Origin: Octopus vulgaris
Lineage: Eukaryota
Direction of reading: 5' to 3'
Assembly (NCBI GenBank): GCA_951406725.2
Contig: OX597839.1
Coordinates: 30,814,001 to 30,878,000 of the forward strand
Length of the DNA: 64,000 nucleotides
Shown piece after piece: positions 62,765 to 64,000 of the stretch. The notes under the pieces are model-generated. The model made no database searches and was not told the origin of the DNA. It saw nothing but the letters and a program-made list of their open reading frames with translations. The translations under genes were made by a program, and so were the position numbers. Within the stretch, counting starts at the first letter, position 1. Each line of letters begins with the position of its first letter.

Positions 62765-63319
62765 CAAGTGTGTGTGTGTGTGTGTGCATGTGTGCAAGTG
62801 TGTGTGTGTGTTTGCACCTGTATTTATGCAATGTCCAGTGTCCCCCATTCGTATGTGTGTGTGTATACACGTGTAAATATATATATGTACACACGCACAC
62901 ACGCGCGCACGTGCGTGTGAGTGTGTTTACATTCTGCACTTTTCCTAAGGATGTTTTAAAAACAGACAGAATAGCCCCACCACCACCACAACCCCCGAAA
63001 GCTAGAGGTCACTCGGTGCACTTTCGCTGATCGTCTGGCAGGGGTCACTGGGTGCAGACAGCAGCAACAACGACTGCCGCCACGCCGTCCCTTCCTCCCC
63101 CTTAACTCCACCCTCCGGCGCCCTAAGGACTTTTATTCTGATGACGTGTAACTTATTATTGTGTGGCCCTGTATTCCACCCCGACCAACACATGCTCCCC
63201 TCATAATTGTTGCTATGGAAGCAGTACTACTGATGATGATGATGATGATGATGGTGATGTTGTTGCTATGGCTGCAACGCGTGACACCAAACGCCATCAT
63301 CTGAGGTCGTTTACGGGTT

Positions 63320-63690
63320 TCAGTCATCCGACTGCGACCATGCTGGGGCACCACGTTGAAGGGTTTCGGTCGAACAGATCGAACTTAGTTCTTAAGTTTG
63401 CTACATTTTCTACTGATTTCATTTTGCCGAACCGCTACGTTACGGGAACGTAAACAAACGAACACCGGTTATCTAGCAGTGGGGAGAGAGAGAGAGAGAG
63501 ACACACACACACACACACACATATACATATATACGACAGCTTCCAAATTTTACCAAATCCACTCACAAAGCTTTGGTCGGCCCAAGGGTGTAGTAGAAGA
63601 CACTTGCCCAAGGTACCAGGCAGTGGGACTGAACCCGGAGCCATGTGGTTTCGAAGCGAGGTTGTTAACCAGAGGACCATACCAGCGTCT
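63320..63690 (-). mobile_element. Family A SINE
   Basis: cagtcatccgactgcgaccatgctggggcac…cagtgggactgaacccggagccatgtgg. Confidence 0.75.
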
Positions 63691-64000
63691 GTGCCATGCC
63701 TCCATATTTTAAAGGATTTCTCACAGAAATTGATAACAGAAGAGTTATTGATGTGGAAACACACAAGTTTGGGAAGGAAATTTGCTTCGGAATGAAAAGA
63801 CAATCGTTTTAGTGTTGAATATACGAAAAAAAACGGGGTGGTCACGACTGGAGTCAGAAATGAATAAGAACAACGGCCTGTCATACCACACCATCCACTT
63901 GCTCTGCGGGGGATGGGGTGGGGGAGAATCTATCAAGTCGCTCAGTTTACTAGAAGCAGCAGCTAAATCTTCACTCAATATCTAGCGTCTTAAGAAAAAA

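Overview
Eukaryotic, repeat-rich, microsatellite-dense animal genomic DNA. The SINE and microsatellite landscape suggests a coleoid cephalopod such as Octopus (inference). The only well-supported host gene is the 3' half of a Pax3/7-type paired-class homeobox gene on the + strand. It has four phase-compatible coding exons (17548-17886 with the homeodomain, 45088-45311, 46413-46593, 47125-47249 with an OAR/paired-tail motif and the stop). I did not find the paired-box or octapeptide exons, which probably lie upstream of the window. The rest is intronic or intergenic: two abundant tRNA-derived SINE families, relics of Penelope-like (PLE), RTE, Tx1/L1 and Tc1/mariner elements, and a ~9 kb GT-rich satellite. 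The most notable unexplained structure is three unrelated short elements, each a head-to-head inverted repeat with a minimal type-I hammerhead ribozyme (palindromic or near-palindromic stem III) in the arms. One of them also has a tRNA-like Pol III promoter. There are also two back-to-back kb-scale palindromes (one of them is a hammerhead element) and complementary AC/GT tracts bracketing the 27 kb intron. Nearly all ORFs in the supplied track are microsatellite artefacts. Repeat boundaries are approximate and were read by eye.
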